A stretch of DNA of 64,000 nt. It comes from Dendrobates tinctorius (taxonomy: Eukaryota). The notes under the pieces were generated by a model. That model saw only the letters and a program-made list of their open reading frames with translations, searched no databases and was not told the DNA's origin. The DNA lies in the NCBI RefSeq assembly GCF_039654945.1, contig NW_027361902.1:744001-808000 (forward strand), read 5' to 3'. Shown piece after piece: positions 10,631 through 23,600 of the stretch. Numbering within the stretch: the stretch's first letter is position 1; each line of letters begins with the position of its first letter. Made by a program: the position numbers and the translations under genes.

Positions 10631-11630
10631 TATAGGGATCTGTATTCACTCGGCTGCAGTTGAAGCAGGCACGGGAAGCGGTATTGCTGGAATGTCCAAG
10701 CAAGTTTGCTTATTAAAAGGGCATAAAATGCTCTGGATAGGAAAAGCAAATGAACAGCCTTTTCCGGTACGTGAAAACAAACAGAAAATAAACAGTCCAT
10801 ATAGCCCTGCGGGTCCGCCCGCTCAGATCAGTTCCTTCAGCAACACACAGATGGAGGTTGTCCACACCTCCAGCCACTGAATGAGGCAATTGGCCTCCAT
10901 TTTATTAGCCAAACCACTTTGGGTTGGGCCGCTCGTCCTGCCCCAGATGGCAGTTGCCAGAAGCTGCATCTGCTGGCTCTGCTGTAACAACAGCCTGTTG
11001 GTCAATTGCTGTTGTTGCTGCGCCTGGATCAGGTGTTTCAGCAGGTCCTCCATGCTGTCAGATTTCCCTCCAGCAGCCACTTTCACCCAGGACATACAGT
11101 ATTGGCAGTCATACTACCTCTTGAGATTCGTGCCTGTGCTTCTAGCACCAAATGTAGGAGTCTGTATTCACTCGGCTGCAGTTGTGGTAGGCACAGGAAG
11201 CAGTATTTATGGAATGTGCAAGTTTATTAAAACGGCATAAACCGCTCTGAATAAGAAAAACAAATAAACAGCTTTTTCCGGCACAAAGTGAAAACAGAAA
11301 ATAACCAGTCCATATAGCCCTGTGTGTCCACTCGCTCTGGTCAGTGCCTTCAGCAACACACACATGGAGGTCTCCACACCTCTATCCACAGACTCTGAAT
11401 GAGGCAATTGGCCTCCATTTTACTAGCCAAACCACGCCCCTGGGGTGGGGATATGTGAGCAGTCATTCCCACCCATCTCATGACTGCTGGTAAAACCTGG
11501 CTCTGGAGCGGCCAAATAACTGTCTCAGCACTATACATGCTGTAGCATACCTCCGAGCTCACATCACCGCAGCTAATAGCCACAATGGCACATATCTCCC
11601 CTCCAGGACTTGTTTGGCGGCCATCTTACA
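10631..11630 (-). mobile_element. Internally deleted Gmr1-like Gypsy LTR retrotransposon (5' LTR 11153-11630, gag N-terminus, partial 3' LTR 10631-~10928)
   Basis: 10631-10925 and 11153-11447 are diverged direct repeats. 4-bp TSD GGTA (10627-10630 / 11631-11634). TGGTG.. PBS-like start next to the LTR (11150 downward). ORF start MEDLLKHLIQAQQQQQLTNRLL at 11053, resembling Gmr1-like gag N-termini. Confidence 0.75.
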
Positions 11631-11733
11631 GGTATAATTCGGTCACTATGTGGTGGTAATATGTGACTTGGTCATGGTGTGGTGGTATTTGTCTTCTGTA
11701 TGTGGTATTATTCGGTCACAATGTGGTGATATG
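11631..11733. repeat. Left remnant of a 71-73-bp minisatellite that continues at 36349
   Basis: Same TATTCGGTCACTATGTGGTGGTAATATGTG unit as 36349-36950. Confidence 0.85.
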
Positions 11734-12101
11734 TGTGATAACTAGTGGACTTCCAAGGGTGGACCCGCTGGACCGTTGCACGAACCTCCCTTGGACGAGC
11801 TGACCAGGTGGACCATTCCCTATACAGGGAGCCTTAGGGGCAGGCCCGAGAGAGATTATCACCACAGCAGCAGGTACCCAGGGGAGAACAACGGGAGTCA
11901 CAGCGAGAGACAAGGCGGATTGGCGGCAGGCTGTGTCACGGGAATATGGACAGAATGGAGACACTGTGTGATGAGTCAGCTTCAGCTGAGTCGACTTTTT
12001 CTTTAGAGTGGACCCTCTGGGTTGTGGCACCCACCTACCGAGGGTGAGCTAACCTTGTGAGGAACCACCCCCAGGGAGTGTCAGGGGCAAGACCAAGGGG
12101 G

Positions 12102-15100
12102 TGTCAGTATTCCGGGTTTTCTAAATCACCTTGTGAATGAATTTGCCCTTTGTTAAGATGGAGGTTGCTGTTTTTGTGTGCACTACTTCCTGTTCATGTG
12201 TATAAGACCGGCTTAGGTGCTGCCTTTCCTTGCTGGAGTATTCTGCTTCCTTCAGCTGTGCTGCTGGTTTCTGAGTGTGCTTCTGCTGTGGCTCTGGACA
12301 TTCCCTGGTCTCTGTAGGAAAGCTGCACTCATCTTTGGAACTTAACCCTTGGTTCATGGTATCTGGTAAGAACTGTGTTCCTGAACTATGTGTGGTTCTT
12401 AACCCTTCACTCTTCCCCAATGAAAGCAGTCGGAACTGTCACCTACAGTATGCCTTAATGTGAACCTGTTTCTGGACTCACCTGTGTTCATGCCACTCCA
12501 GGGATCAACTTGTGAATCAGCTTTTGGACTTTCCTGTGCTCTTGCTGCGTCTGGGATTTACCTATAGACTTGTTCTGGACTTCCCTGTGCTTGCTACATA
12601 CCTGATTGGACTCTCTCTGCATCACTACGTTGTGAACTGCGCCACATCACCTGAGTTAACTGGATCACATGTTTATGAGGACCCTGTTTTAGGAACTTTA
12701 CTGAATTGCTATATAGCTTTAGGACTTGTCTCATTTCAGGTTATCAGCATATTGTTTTTGGGTGTCACTGCTGTTATAAAATACACTATTTGCACTAAAG
12801 TAACCCGCTTCAGTCTGTTCATTGCCCCACGCTATCAGAATCCTCGAGTTCCTACAATAGTATTACAGGATACTCCAACCAAAAGAGGATTCTGCTGGGG
12901 CAAAGTCACAGTCACAAGCGGACAAGATGGTTTCTTTGATTAACTCCTTGCAGGAGGAGGTGGGGGCTTTACAAAATAAGCTCAGAGACTTGGAGTCCCA
13001 GGTGGACCACAATGCACAGGTGTTTGGTCAGGCTCTCCAAGATCTACGTACTAGGACGGAAGTCCAGGAGGCCTTACCTACTGAGCGTATACCGTCCCCC
13101 AGTATGCCCAAGTTGCCCCCATTCCGGTTTAATGGTGACCGAAGTCAATTTCATGGGTTTGTTTATCAATGCATATTATTTTTTGATGTACATGCCTCTT
13201 ACTACCGGTCTGATAGATCTAAGGTTTTATGTATTATTATGTTGTTGACATCACGGGCTCTGGCTTGGGCAAATCCTATGGTTGAAAGTCACGATACCCG
13301 TCTAAATAATTTGGATGATTTTCTGACATCTATGGCGCAAATGTTCGATGATCCCAACCGCCGTGCCACCGCTGAATCTGCCCTGCTGTCATTACGCCAG
13401 GGGAAGCGCTCAGTCATAGAAAATGTTACCGAATTTAAGAGGTTAGTGGTGGATACCAACTGGGAAAACAATGCTTTAGTGCCAATTTTTAGGAAAGGTT
13501 TATCCAGTGCAATCAAGGATGAGCTAGCTCGTTCCGAGTCCCCACAGGAGTTCGAGTCGTTTTTACAACACTGTGTGCGTATTGACATTCGCCTAACTGA
13601 ACGCAGACAAGAGAAATGGGCAGCTTTAAATCGCATTGCTAATTTTTCTCTTCCATCTAGGGAAACTACAGGCAAAAACCCGCGGGAGACCGAGGAGGTG
13701 CCTATGCAAGTGGACTCGCTACAAAGACGTGAGAATAATGAACGCCGGGAATACTGTTTCCGTGAACGATTATGTTTTTATTGCGGTCAATCAGACCATT
13801 TCCTCATTAATTGTCCTAAATGTCCCAGGCGACCTAACAAGGTGTTAGCGGCAGTAGGGGATTATGACAATAAGGACGCTGAGTCTGAAGTTTCGGAGAC
13901 CAGTCTACACCTAGACGCTGTGTTTCCCCCAACATTGATGTCGACTTCCCCTAAAGATCAATGGGAAAAATATTCACATTGTTCTCTTCCTATTCAGATT
14001 CTGTGGGAAGGTCAGTGGATACCAAGTTCTGCCATGATAGACTCTGGAGCAGGTGGGAATTTCATTGATTTTTCTTTTGCCAGGAAACATGGTATAAGGA
14101 CACAACTAAGAGCTTCACCAGTCACCATGGAAACGGTGGATGGTTCCCCATTAACTTCTGGACCAGTAGACCGGGAAACGGTGCTCCTGGAGTGTAAGAT
14201 GAAACCAGACCATCAGGAAACCCTTTCATTTATGCTAATATCTTCTCCTCATTTTCCTATAATTTTAGGAATTCCCTGGCTACGGTCGCAAAATCCAAAC
14301 ATCAATTGGGAAACCAAGGAGATATCCTTCCCCTCGAAGGGTAGTCCTACCATCTGTCCAACAGTCACAGTTCCAGTTACCCGGGACGTGGAAGAGGCAA
14401 TACAGGTACCCACTCTCCCTCTGGTTTACCAGGAATTCGCAGACGTTTGTGACAAAAGGAAGGCAGACCAACTCCCACCACATAGACCATATGACTGCCC
14501 CATAGAATTGCTTCCTGGGGCAGCGATCCCTTTCGGCCATATTAATCTTCTCTGATTCTCTACAGGAACATCAGGAACATGTCAAGACCGTGCTCAGACG
14601 TTTAAGAGAGAATCATTTATACATCAAACTCGAAAAATGTGAGTTTCATTGCTCCGAAATTCAATTTCTGGGCTATATTATTTCTCCCCAGGGATTGAAC
14701 ATGGAATACAGCAAGATCCAGGCGATCATAGACTGGCCGGTACCAGGAAACATCAAAGAGGTACAACGATTTATTGGTTTTGCTAATTTTTATAGACGTT
14801 TTATCTGGAATTTTTCGGAAATTGTCCGTCCCATCACTCTCCTTACTAAGAAGGGGAAGAAGTTTGTATGGTCTTCGCAAGCCCAGGAAGCCTTTGACCG
14901 CCTCAAGGTTTGTTTTACCACGGCTCCGATATTAATGCATCCGGATCCTGCACTGCCTTTCATCGTGGAGGTGGACGCTTCTGACACTGGCACTGGGAGC
15001 TATCCTCTCACAACGAACCGGAGACAAGGGTTTGCTGCACCCGTGTGCCTTCTTTTCGCGCAGGTTATCTTCTGCTGAACTAAATTATGACATTGCAGAT

Positions 15101-17622
15101 AAGGAACTTTTGGCAATCATTTCTGCCTTTAAAGAATGGAGACACCATTTGCAGGGAGCAACTCAACAGGTAGTAGTGCTTACAGATCATCGTAATTTGG
15201 AATTTCTTAAATCCGCCAGGTGTCTTTCTCCCCGACAAGCTAGGTGGAGTTTGTTCTTGAACCAGTTTGATTTTATTATCTCGTACCGCCCAGGTTCACG
15301 TAATGGGAAGGCCGATGCATTATCCCGAATCCACACGGTGGACTCCGTGCCTGGGACCCCGTCTAAGACCATCATGTCTGATGCCAATTTCATAGGAGTG
15401 CTCCAGGACCGGGACTTGTGGGAGGAGATCAAGCTGGCCTATGACGGTGATGCATTTCTTGCTGCTCCACCTAACAACGTGAATCTTGTCTTTCAGAATG
15501 GTGTGTGGCTTAGAGATCGACGTATTTACGTCCCAGAGGCTGTGAGACTTCGAATCCTCAAATTGGTCCATGACTCCGTATTGGCTGGTCATAGGGGGGT
15601 ACAGAAGACTCAGGAATTTTTAAGTCGTTTTTTCTGGTGGCCTACCTGCTTAAAAGATGTGAATGAGTATGTCCGCTCTTGTGAGGTTTGTGCCCGGTAC
15701 AAAGTTCCTCGTGTTTCACCTACTGGTCTTCTCAAACCACTACCCGTACCATCTCGCCCTTGGGGGTCTATTTCGATGGACTTTATTGTGGAATTACCCA
15801 CCTCTGGCGGTAAAAGCACTATTTTGGTGATAGTGGACCGTTTAACAAAGGTGGCCCATTTTATTCCTTGTACCGGTCTCCCCTCAGCTACAGAGACAGT
15901 GGATCTGGTTATCCAGAACATTTTCTTGCTGCATGGGTACCAGATGAGATCATCTCTGACAGGGGAATACAGTTTACCTCTAGATTTTGGAAAGAATTTT
16001 GCTCTGCGCTCCACATTAATGTTTGCTTGTCTTCTGCATACCATCCTCAGACCAATGGGCAGACCGAACGTACCAATCAAACCTTGGAGCAATATCTACG
16101 CTGCTACTTCATTCATTTGCAGGATGACTGGCTGAAGCTACTTCCTTTAGCGGAATTTTCGCACAACTCACAGAGCAGTTCCATGAAGGTAACTCCTTTT
16201 TTTGCCAATCTGGGATATCATCCAAATATTCTCCCTAGGTCTCTGGTTGTCTCTTCAGTACCGGCGGTTCAAGACAGAGTGGAGCTGTTGCAACGTAATC
16301 TTGAAGTTTTGAAGGACTCCCTGACTGTAGCACAGGAGCGTTACAAGAAGTCAGCTGATAGGTTCTGGAAACCAGCACCTTTGTATAAGGTAGGAGACTC
16401 GGTTTGGTTGTCTACCAAAAATCTAAGGTTGGGTGTTCCTTCGCAGAAACTGGGACAGAATTTCATCGGTCCATTCAAAATTACCGGGATTGTGAGCTCC
16501 GTTGCTTGTCGGCTGAAGCTACCACGAACTCTAAAGGTACACCCAGTATTTCATATTTCTTTATTAAAACCGGTTTCTCCTAACAAGTTTCAGGGACGTA
16601 TCGTACCTCCTCCTCCACCAGTGTTAATGGCGAAGAACAATTTGTGGTCCAGGACATTATTGATTCAAGACTTCATCGAAACCAGCTTCAGTATCTAGTT
16701 AGATGGCAGGGTTACTCTCCTGAAGACGATTCCTGGGAACCAGTAAGTAACATCAATGCTCCCCTGAAGGTTGCTCAGTTTCATCGGAGATACCCAGACA
16801 AACCTGGTCCGGGATCGTCCTGAGGCCGTTTCTAGGGGGGGAGTAGTGTCAGTATTCCGGGTTTTCTAAATCACCTTGTGAATGAATTTGCCCTTTGTTA
16901 AGATGGAGGTTGCTGTTTTTGTGTGCACTACTTCCTGTTCATGTGTATAAGACCGGCTCAGGTGCTGCCTTTCCTTGCTGGAGTATTCTGCTTCCTTCAG
17001 CTGTGCTGCTGGTTTCTGAGTGTGCTTCTGCTGTGGCTCTGGACATTCCCTGTTCTCTGTAGGAAAGCTGCACTCATCTTTGGAACTTAACCCTTGGTTC
17101 ATGGTATCTGGTAAGAACTGTGTTCCTGAACTATGCGTGGTTCTTAACCCTTCACTCTTCCCCAATGAGAGCAGTCGGAACTGTCACCTACCGTATGCCT
17201 TAATGTGAACCTGTTTCTGGACTCACATGTGTTCATGCCACTCCAGGGATCAACTTGTGAATCAGCTTTTGGACTTTCCTGTGCTCTTGCTGCGTCTGGA
17301 ATTTACCTATAGACTTGTTCTGGACTTCCCTGTGCTTGCTACATACCTGATTGGACTCTCTCTGCATCACTACGTTGTGAACTGTGCCACATCACCTGAG
17401 TGGTTACACTCACCTTGGATCACATGTTTATGAGGACCCTGTTTTAGGAACTTTACTGAATTGTTATATAGCTTTAGGACTTGTCTCATTTCAGGTTATC
17501 AGCATATTGTTTTTGGGTGTCACTGCTGTTATAAAATACACTATTTGCACTAAAGTAACCCGCTTCAGTCTGTTCATTGCCCCACGCTATCAGAATCCTC
17601 GAGTTCCTACAATAGTATTACA
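12102..17622 (+). mobile_element. Element C: chromoviral Gypsy (sushi/Tf1-like) LTR retrotransposon with an RT-core deletion
   Basis: LTRs 12102-12867 and 16847-17622 (TG..CA; about 9 substitutions plus one ~10-bp indel by eye). TSD GGGGG. PPT AGGGGGGGAGTAG at 16834-16846. Confidence 0.96.
12927..16823 (+). pseudogene. gag-pol of element C (gag, CCHC knuckle, protease, truncated RT, RNase H, integrase, chromodomain), frameshifted
   Basis: gag RFNGDRSQF..ALAWA..LRQGKRSV; CFYCGQSDHFLINC; AMIDSGAGGNF; [13 protein letters not shown]; RH VEVDASD, NYDIADKELLAI, TDHRNL; IN H..GHRG..CEVC, ISMDFI, SDRGIQF, QTNGQTER; GPF; chromodomain QYLVRWQGY..DSWEP. No YLDD. Confidence 0.93.
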
Positions 17623-17730
17623 GGGGGTGAGCCACCACGACTGCTGGAACCAGACGGCCAGCTCAAGGAAGACACAATGTGTCTGACGACAAGGGACGTG
17701 CAGGAAACAAAACAAGACGTGAGTTCAAGG

Positions 17731-18177
17731 TGTTACAGAACCACTCAGCATCCAAAATATGTTGTGCAGTTATATGTATGTATAATAGGTTCTATGTGAG
17801 ATGCATGTCCCTAATGCATCAGCCCACAGGCTGCGCCCCTGGGCAGAGGGGACACGATATTCTCCTTTTGTCCGCCCTCCCCCCACCTTTGTAATTCCCA
17901 CAGTAAACATCGGCAGGCTCCGGCCACCTGCGGCTTTTGTAATGCATGTCTGGCCTGCCGCTTTTCTATTGGCCTGCCCTCTGTATCTGTGTGATATATT
18001 CTGTGTCCTGTGAGTAAAGGGCTGTCAGACTGGAAATACATGGAGAAGCAGTGATCTTTTATATGCGCCCATGTAACCAAGGAATTCCAGCCAGCGTCAT
18101 TCATTCAGACTCCAGCCAACGCAGAGCGGACCTCCGAAAACACGGGGTGGTACCCCAGCTTGGTAGACCTCGTTACA
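17731..18177. mobile_element. Solo LTR (447 bp) inserted in element B
   Basis: TGTTAC..GTTACA termini; 5-bp TSD CAAGG (17726-17730 / 18178-18182). Confidence 0.8.
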
Positions 18178-19878
18178 CAAGGTATCTTCATTAAGGCAAA
18201 CTCAGGGTAACATCAGGTGCAAGACGTGATAACACAGGGAAAACACAGCAAGGTGCGTGCGAGGGCACGCCAAGGTCCATTGCATGGTACGTGCTAGATG
18301 GCATGCCTGGGTACAGGCAAGGGCACGATGGCGTCGGACTCCGGACAGCAGGCAACGATCAACAGGGTCATCTCATCAGGCTGCGGACATCAGCTCCGGA
18401 CATCAGGCTGTAGTCGTCATGCTTACTATCTCTGGCAGCGATCGGCAGGATCCGGGCATCTGGCAGGCAAACCAGGGTTCAGGCAAGGAGGCACGATAGA
18501 TCTCCAGACATGGTGCGTGTTAGGGAACACGCCAGGGTCCAAGGCAAAGATCAAGGCAGGGTGCGTGCTAGGGACACGCCAGGGTCCAAGGCAAGGTGCA
18601 AGGCAGGGTTCAATACACTAGGCATGGTGCGTATATAGGGGACTCGCCAGGGTTCAAGGTCCTGGGCGCGCTAAGAAAGCCGCCAGGAATCAAGATTCAA
18701 GGTCCTGCGCATGCTAGGGCACGCTAGGGGCACAGTACAAAGAATGGTCATGGCCGTGAAAGGAGGCACGCCAGGGTACAAGGTTAGCGGCCGGTCCCAC
18801 ACGTGCTAGAGAACACATTAGGCTTTGAAGTTCAGGACAGATGTCCTGCGCGTGCAGAAGGGCACGCCAGGGTCAGGGTTCAAGACAAAGAGCAGAACAC
18901 AGAGCAAGGTACAAGCAAGACAAAGATTCAAGAAAGGTCATAGAACTCAGAACAAGACAGAGAGACAAGGTTCAGAACAGAGCACGGAAAGCAAAAGACT
19001 TGTGCAAGAGTAGCACGAAAACGCACAGTGCGAGAAACAGAGTGAGTGCAAGGGAGCACGGAAAACACCACTGGGGCACCGGCAGGCAGTACCAGCTGGA
19101 GGCACAGGCAGGCGGGCACGACTAGAGGCGGCACGGCTGAGGCACAGACTGGCGGAAACCACAATAGCACTGGCTGGCGAGCACGGCTGAGGCACAGACA
19201 GGCGGGCACGACTAGAAGCGGCACGGCTGAGGCTCAAATAGGCGGGCACGGGGTGACCAGGCGCATGCAAGAGGGCACGCAGCCACAAGGCAGGGCTAGG
19301 CAAAGGTACAGGACAGACGCGTGTGCTAAGGCACGGCGAAGACTAGTACGAGAGGTGCAAGTGCGCACGAAAAACAGAGACTAGACACAAGAGTTCAAGA
19401 CATGGTCCTGCGCATGCAGAGGGCATGCCAGGGACAGAGTTCAAGGCAAGGTCCTGCGCATGCAGAGGGCATGCCAGGGTCAGGGTTCAACACAGAGAGC
19501 GGAACGTAGGCATTAGCACAGAACCGGGTACAAGAGAATAGAAGCGGAGCGTATTCTAGCGCCCAGAGCCGGGTACAGAGACATAGAACTAGCAGCGGAA
19601 TGTAGGCCGAAGCCCAGGTCAAGGCAGAGCCTTGAGACTAGTCAGGGAGTGTGCTAGAGAGCACCATAGCAGAGACATAGAGCAGAGTACAGAGCTAGGC
19701 CGAAGCCCAGAGCCTGGTCAAGGCAGAGCTGTTATGAGTTCATTCTCTGGTTCACCAGTTGTGAGTTCTCCTTCCAGACTCCCTCTGGTGGTAACAGAAG
19801 GTAGTGAGGCTGATTTGATCGGTGGTGATGTGCCACCTGAGAATGAGGATGACGATTGGACTTCAGGAGTCTCAGATT

Positions 19879-20062
19879 TTCCACCATAATATGCAAATAA
19901 AATGAAAAAAAACCAGACAATGTGATTTTCTGGATTTTTTTTTCTCAGTTTGTCTCCCATAGTTGAGGTCTACCTATGATGTAAATTACAGACGCCTTTC
20001 ATCTTTTTAAGTGGTGGAACTTGCACTATTGCTGACTGACTAAATACTTTTTTTCCCCACTG
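19879..20062. mobile_element. Terminal fragment (one TIR) of a Tc1-like transposon inside the 5' LTR of D
   Basis: Absent from the 3' LTR. Ends ..GACTAAATACTTTTTTTCCCCACTG|TA, the reverse complement of the Tc1-type end TA|CAGTGGGGAAAAAAAGTATTTAGTC, at a TA dinucleotide. Confidence 0.82.
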
Positions 20063-20638
20063 TATAGTGGGAGAAGTCTAGTGACTTCAGGGTAATTTTT
20101 TTCTATCAGAAGTGTTGGACATTATTTTTGTAGGGTTTTTTTTGCAGATTGCAGACAGTGTCTTTCCTTTCCTCTCCTTTCTAGTTAGTTTGGGCCCCAT
20201 CGTTTGCTCAGCCTATTTTCCTACCTGTGTTTGTGTTTTCATCTTGTTTCACCGTCAATACATGTGTGGGGGCTGTCTATTCCTTTGGGGTCTGCTCTGG
20301 GGCAGTTAGTTTTCCCTTTTCTTGCTTTAGGCTTATTTAGTCCTCCGGCCGTGACGAGGCATCTAGGTTCATCGTAGGCACGCTCCACGGCTGCTTCTAG
20401 TTGTGTGGTAAGATCAGGGATCTGCATAGTTACCAACCTCTCTGGTTTTTCTGGTCTTAGCATGTTAAGGTTTTTTCTCGGTGACCCATTCATAATAGAA
20501 TCACCAGCCATACCGCAGATTCTAGGGTACTCAAAAGCAGGAAAGAGTTGTTAAAAAAAAAAAAAATTCTGACACTTTTTTTGTTAATATATTTTTTTCC
20601 TCTTTCTCTGGGGCCGTAGGAGGATTTTTTTTTTCCTA

Positions 20639-23600
20639 ATGGAGATTAAGCAATTGTCTGATCGTGTGGAGCAACTTGCTGCTGAAGTGCAGGGAATTTC
20701 CACCTACCTCATTCAGTCACATGTTGCTGAACCTAAGATCCCTACTCCTGATGTGTTTTCTAGGGATCGGTCTAAATTTCTGAATTTTAAGAATAATTGT
20801 AAATTATTTCTTGCCTTGAAGCCTAACTCATCGGGGAGCTCTGCACAGCAGGTTAAAATTGTCATCTCCTTGCTGCGCGGCGATCCCCAGGATTGGGCTT
20901 TTTCTTTGACACCTGAAAATCCTATTCTGACTAATGTGGATGCATTTTTTCCAAGCCTTGGGGTTGTTGTATGATGAACCTAATGCTGTTGATCAAGCTG
21001 AGAGAACCCTGTTGGCATTAAATCAGGGTCAGGATTCTGCAGAGTTATACTGTCAAAAATTCCAAAAGTAGGCGGTCCTTACTACATGGAATGATCATGC
21101 ATTGACAGCTCTTTCGGAGGGGTTTATCAGAGACCGTAAAAGATGTTATGGTGGTCCTGTTCCCTCTGGTCTGGATGATGCTATGTCATTAGCCATTCAA
21201 GTTGATCGGCGTTTACGTGAACGTAAAACTGCACGAGAGGCGCTGCCACCTTTTGAACGTCTGAACCTATGCAATGTGATGGAGTTTTGTCTAGGGCGCA
21301 ACGTCAGGAGTTTAGCAGGCGTAATAAGCTGTGTTTTTTCTGTGGAGACGTCTCTCATACTATTTCTGTCTGCCCTAAACGAGAGAAACGTTTTGCACAC
21401 ACATTTGCTGTGGGCAGTGTACAACCTAAGTTTCTTTAGGCAATTACTCTGATCTGCTCCTTATCCACGTTTTCCACGAAGGCTTTTGTGGATTCAGGAG
21501 CAGCATTGAATCTGATGGACTTGGACTTTGCTAAACGTTGTGGTTTTTCCATGACGCCTCTGCGGACGCCTATTCCTTTGAGGGGTATTGATGCCACTCC
21601 TTTGGCGGAAAATAAACCTCAGTTTTGGACCCAGGTGATAATACGAGTTGCCCCAGACCACCTAGAAAATTGTAAATTTTTGGTGCTGCATAATTTGCAT
21701 GATACTATTGTTCTGGGTTTTCCTTGGTTGCAAACTCATAATCCAGTTTTGGATTGGAAATCTGGGTCTGTGGTGAGTTGGGGTTGTCAGTGTGTTCTTA
21801 GGGACGCTCCTGTTTTCTCCACCTCTCCTCAGTCCCATGATATTCCTGATTATCTAGCTGATTTTTCTGATGTATTTAGTGAGAGCAAGTCTGCGTCTTT
21901 GACTCCTCATAGGAGTTATGACTGTGCAATTGAGTTGATTCCTGGGTGTAAATTTCCCAAGGGTCGGCTTTTCAACTTATCTGTACCCGAACATGATGCT
22001 ATGCGATCCTATATTAAGGAGTCATTGGAGAAGGGTCATATTAGTCCATCCTTGTCACCCTTAGGTGCTGTTTTTTTTTTGTGGCCAAGAAAGATGGTTC
22101 ATTAAGACCGTGTATTGATTATCGTTCCCTTAACAAGATGATGGTTAAATATCAGTACCCGTTACCTCTGATGTCTGATTTATTCTCCAGAGTTAAGAGT
22201 GCCTGCTGGTTTACTAAGCTTGACCTCGGGGGGGGCGTATAATCTTATTTGCATCAAGCACGGGGATGAATGGAAGACGGCGTTTAATACTCCGGAGGGA
22301 CATTTTGAGTACCTGGTGATGCCTTTTGGGCTCACTAATGCCCCTTCTGCCTTCCAATCCTTTATGAATGATATTTTCCGAGACTTTGTGGATAAGTTTT
22401 TGATCATCTATCTGGATGATATTTTGATCTTTTCTAGTGATTGGGATTCTCATGTGGAACACGTCCGGACTGTGTTCCGGATTTTGAGGGAGAATTCCCT
22501 GTTTGTTAAGGGATCGAAATGCCTCTTTGGTGTACAGAGGATTTCATTTTTGGGATTTATCCTATCTCCATCGACTATTGAAATGGACCCGGCCAAGGTA
22601 CAGGCCATTTATGATTGGGTTCAGCCTACTTCTTTGAAGGCCCTCCAGAAGTTTTTGGGTTTTGCTAATTTCTATCGTAAATTTATAGGTAATTTTTCTG
22701 GTATTGTCAAACCACTGACTGATCTGACCAAGAAGGGCGCTGATGTGCTGAATTGGTCTCCTGAGGCTATCTCAGCATTTCAGGAGCTTAAGCGGAGATT
22801 TACTTCAGCTCCAGTTTTATGGCAACCCGATGTCTCACTTCCATTTCAGGTAGAGGTAGATGCTTCTGAGATTGGTGCAGGAGCTGTTTTGTCCCAGAAA
22901 GACCCTGTGACTTCTAAGATGAATCCCTGTGCCTTCTTTTCTCAAAAGTTCTCTCCATCTGAACGCAACTATGACGTGGGGAATCGGGAATTGTTGGCCA
23001 TGAAATGGGCATTTGAGGAGTGGAGACATTGGTTGGAGGGAGCTAGACATCAAGTTGTGGTCCTCACCGATCACAGGAATTTGATTTATTTGGAGTCGGC
23101 CAAACGCTTGAATCCTAGACAGGCTAGATGGGCCTTGTTTTTCACGCGTTTTAATTTTGTGGTCTCTTTTCTTCCGGGCACTAAGAATGTTAAGGCAGAC
23201 ACCCTTTCTAGGAGTTTCTTTGCCGATTCTCTTAGTGTGACCGAGCCTACTACCATCCTAGGTGAAGGGGTAGTTCTTTCTGCCATTTCGCCCGATTTGA
23301 GACGTGCCCTGGAGGCATTTCAGGAGGATAAACCTGAGCATTGCCCTATGGGAAAATTGTATGTTCCTGACCAGTGGAGAAAGAGAGTGATGTCTGAAAT
23401 TCATTGCTCTGCATTGGCTGCTCATCCAGGTATTTTTGGTACCAGAGATTTGGTGAGTCGGTCCTTTTGGTGGCCAGACTTATCTCATGACGTCAGGAAT
23501 TTTGTACAGTCCTGTGGGACTTGTTCTCGGTCTAAACCCTGTTCTCGTTCTAGTGGGTTGCTGGTGCCCTTGCCGGTGCCCAAGAGGCCATGGACCCATA

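Noticed and set aside
12927-14555. PEG10/RTL1-like domesticated gag gene
   Set aside because: Lies between near-identical LTRs with a TSD and PPT; an ordinary sushi-type retrotransposon.
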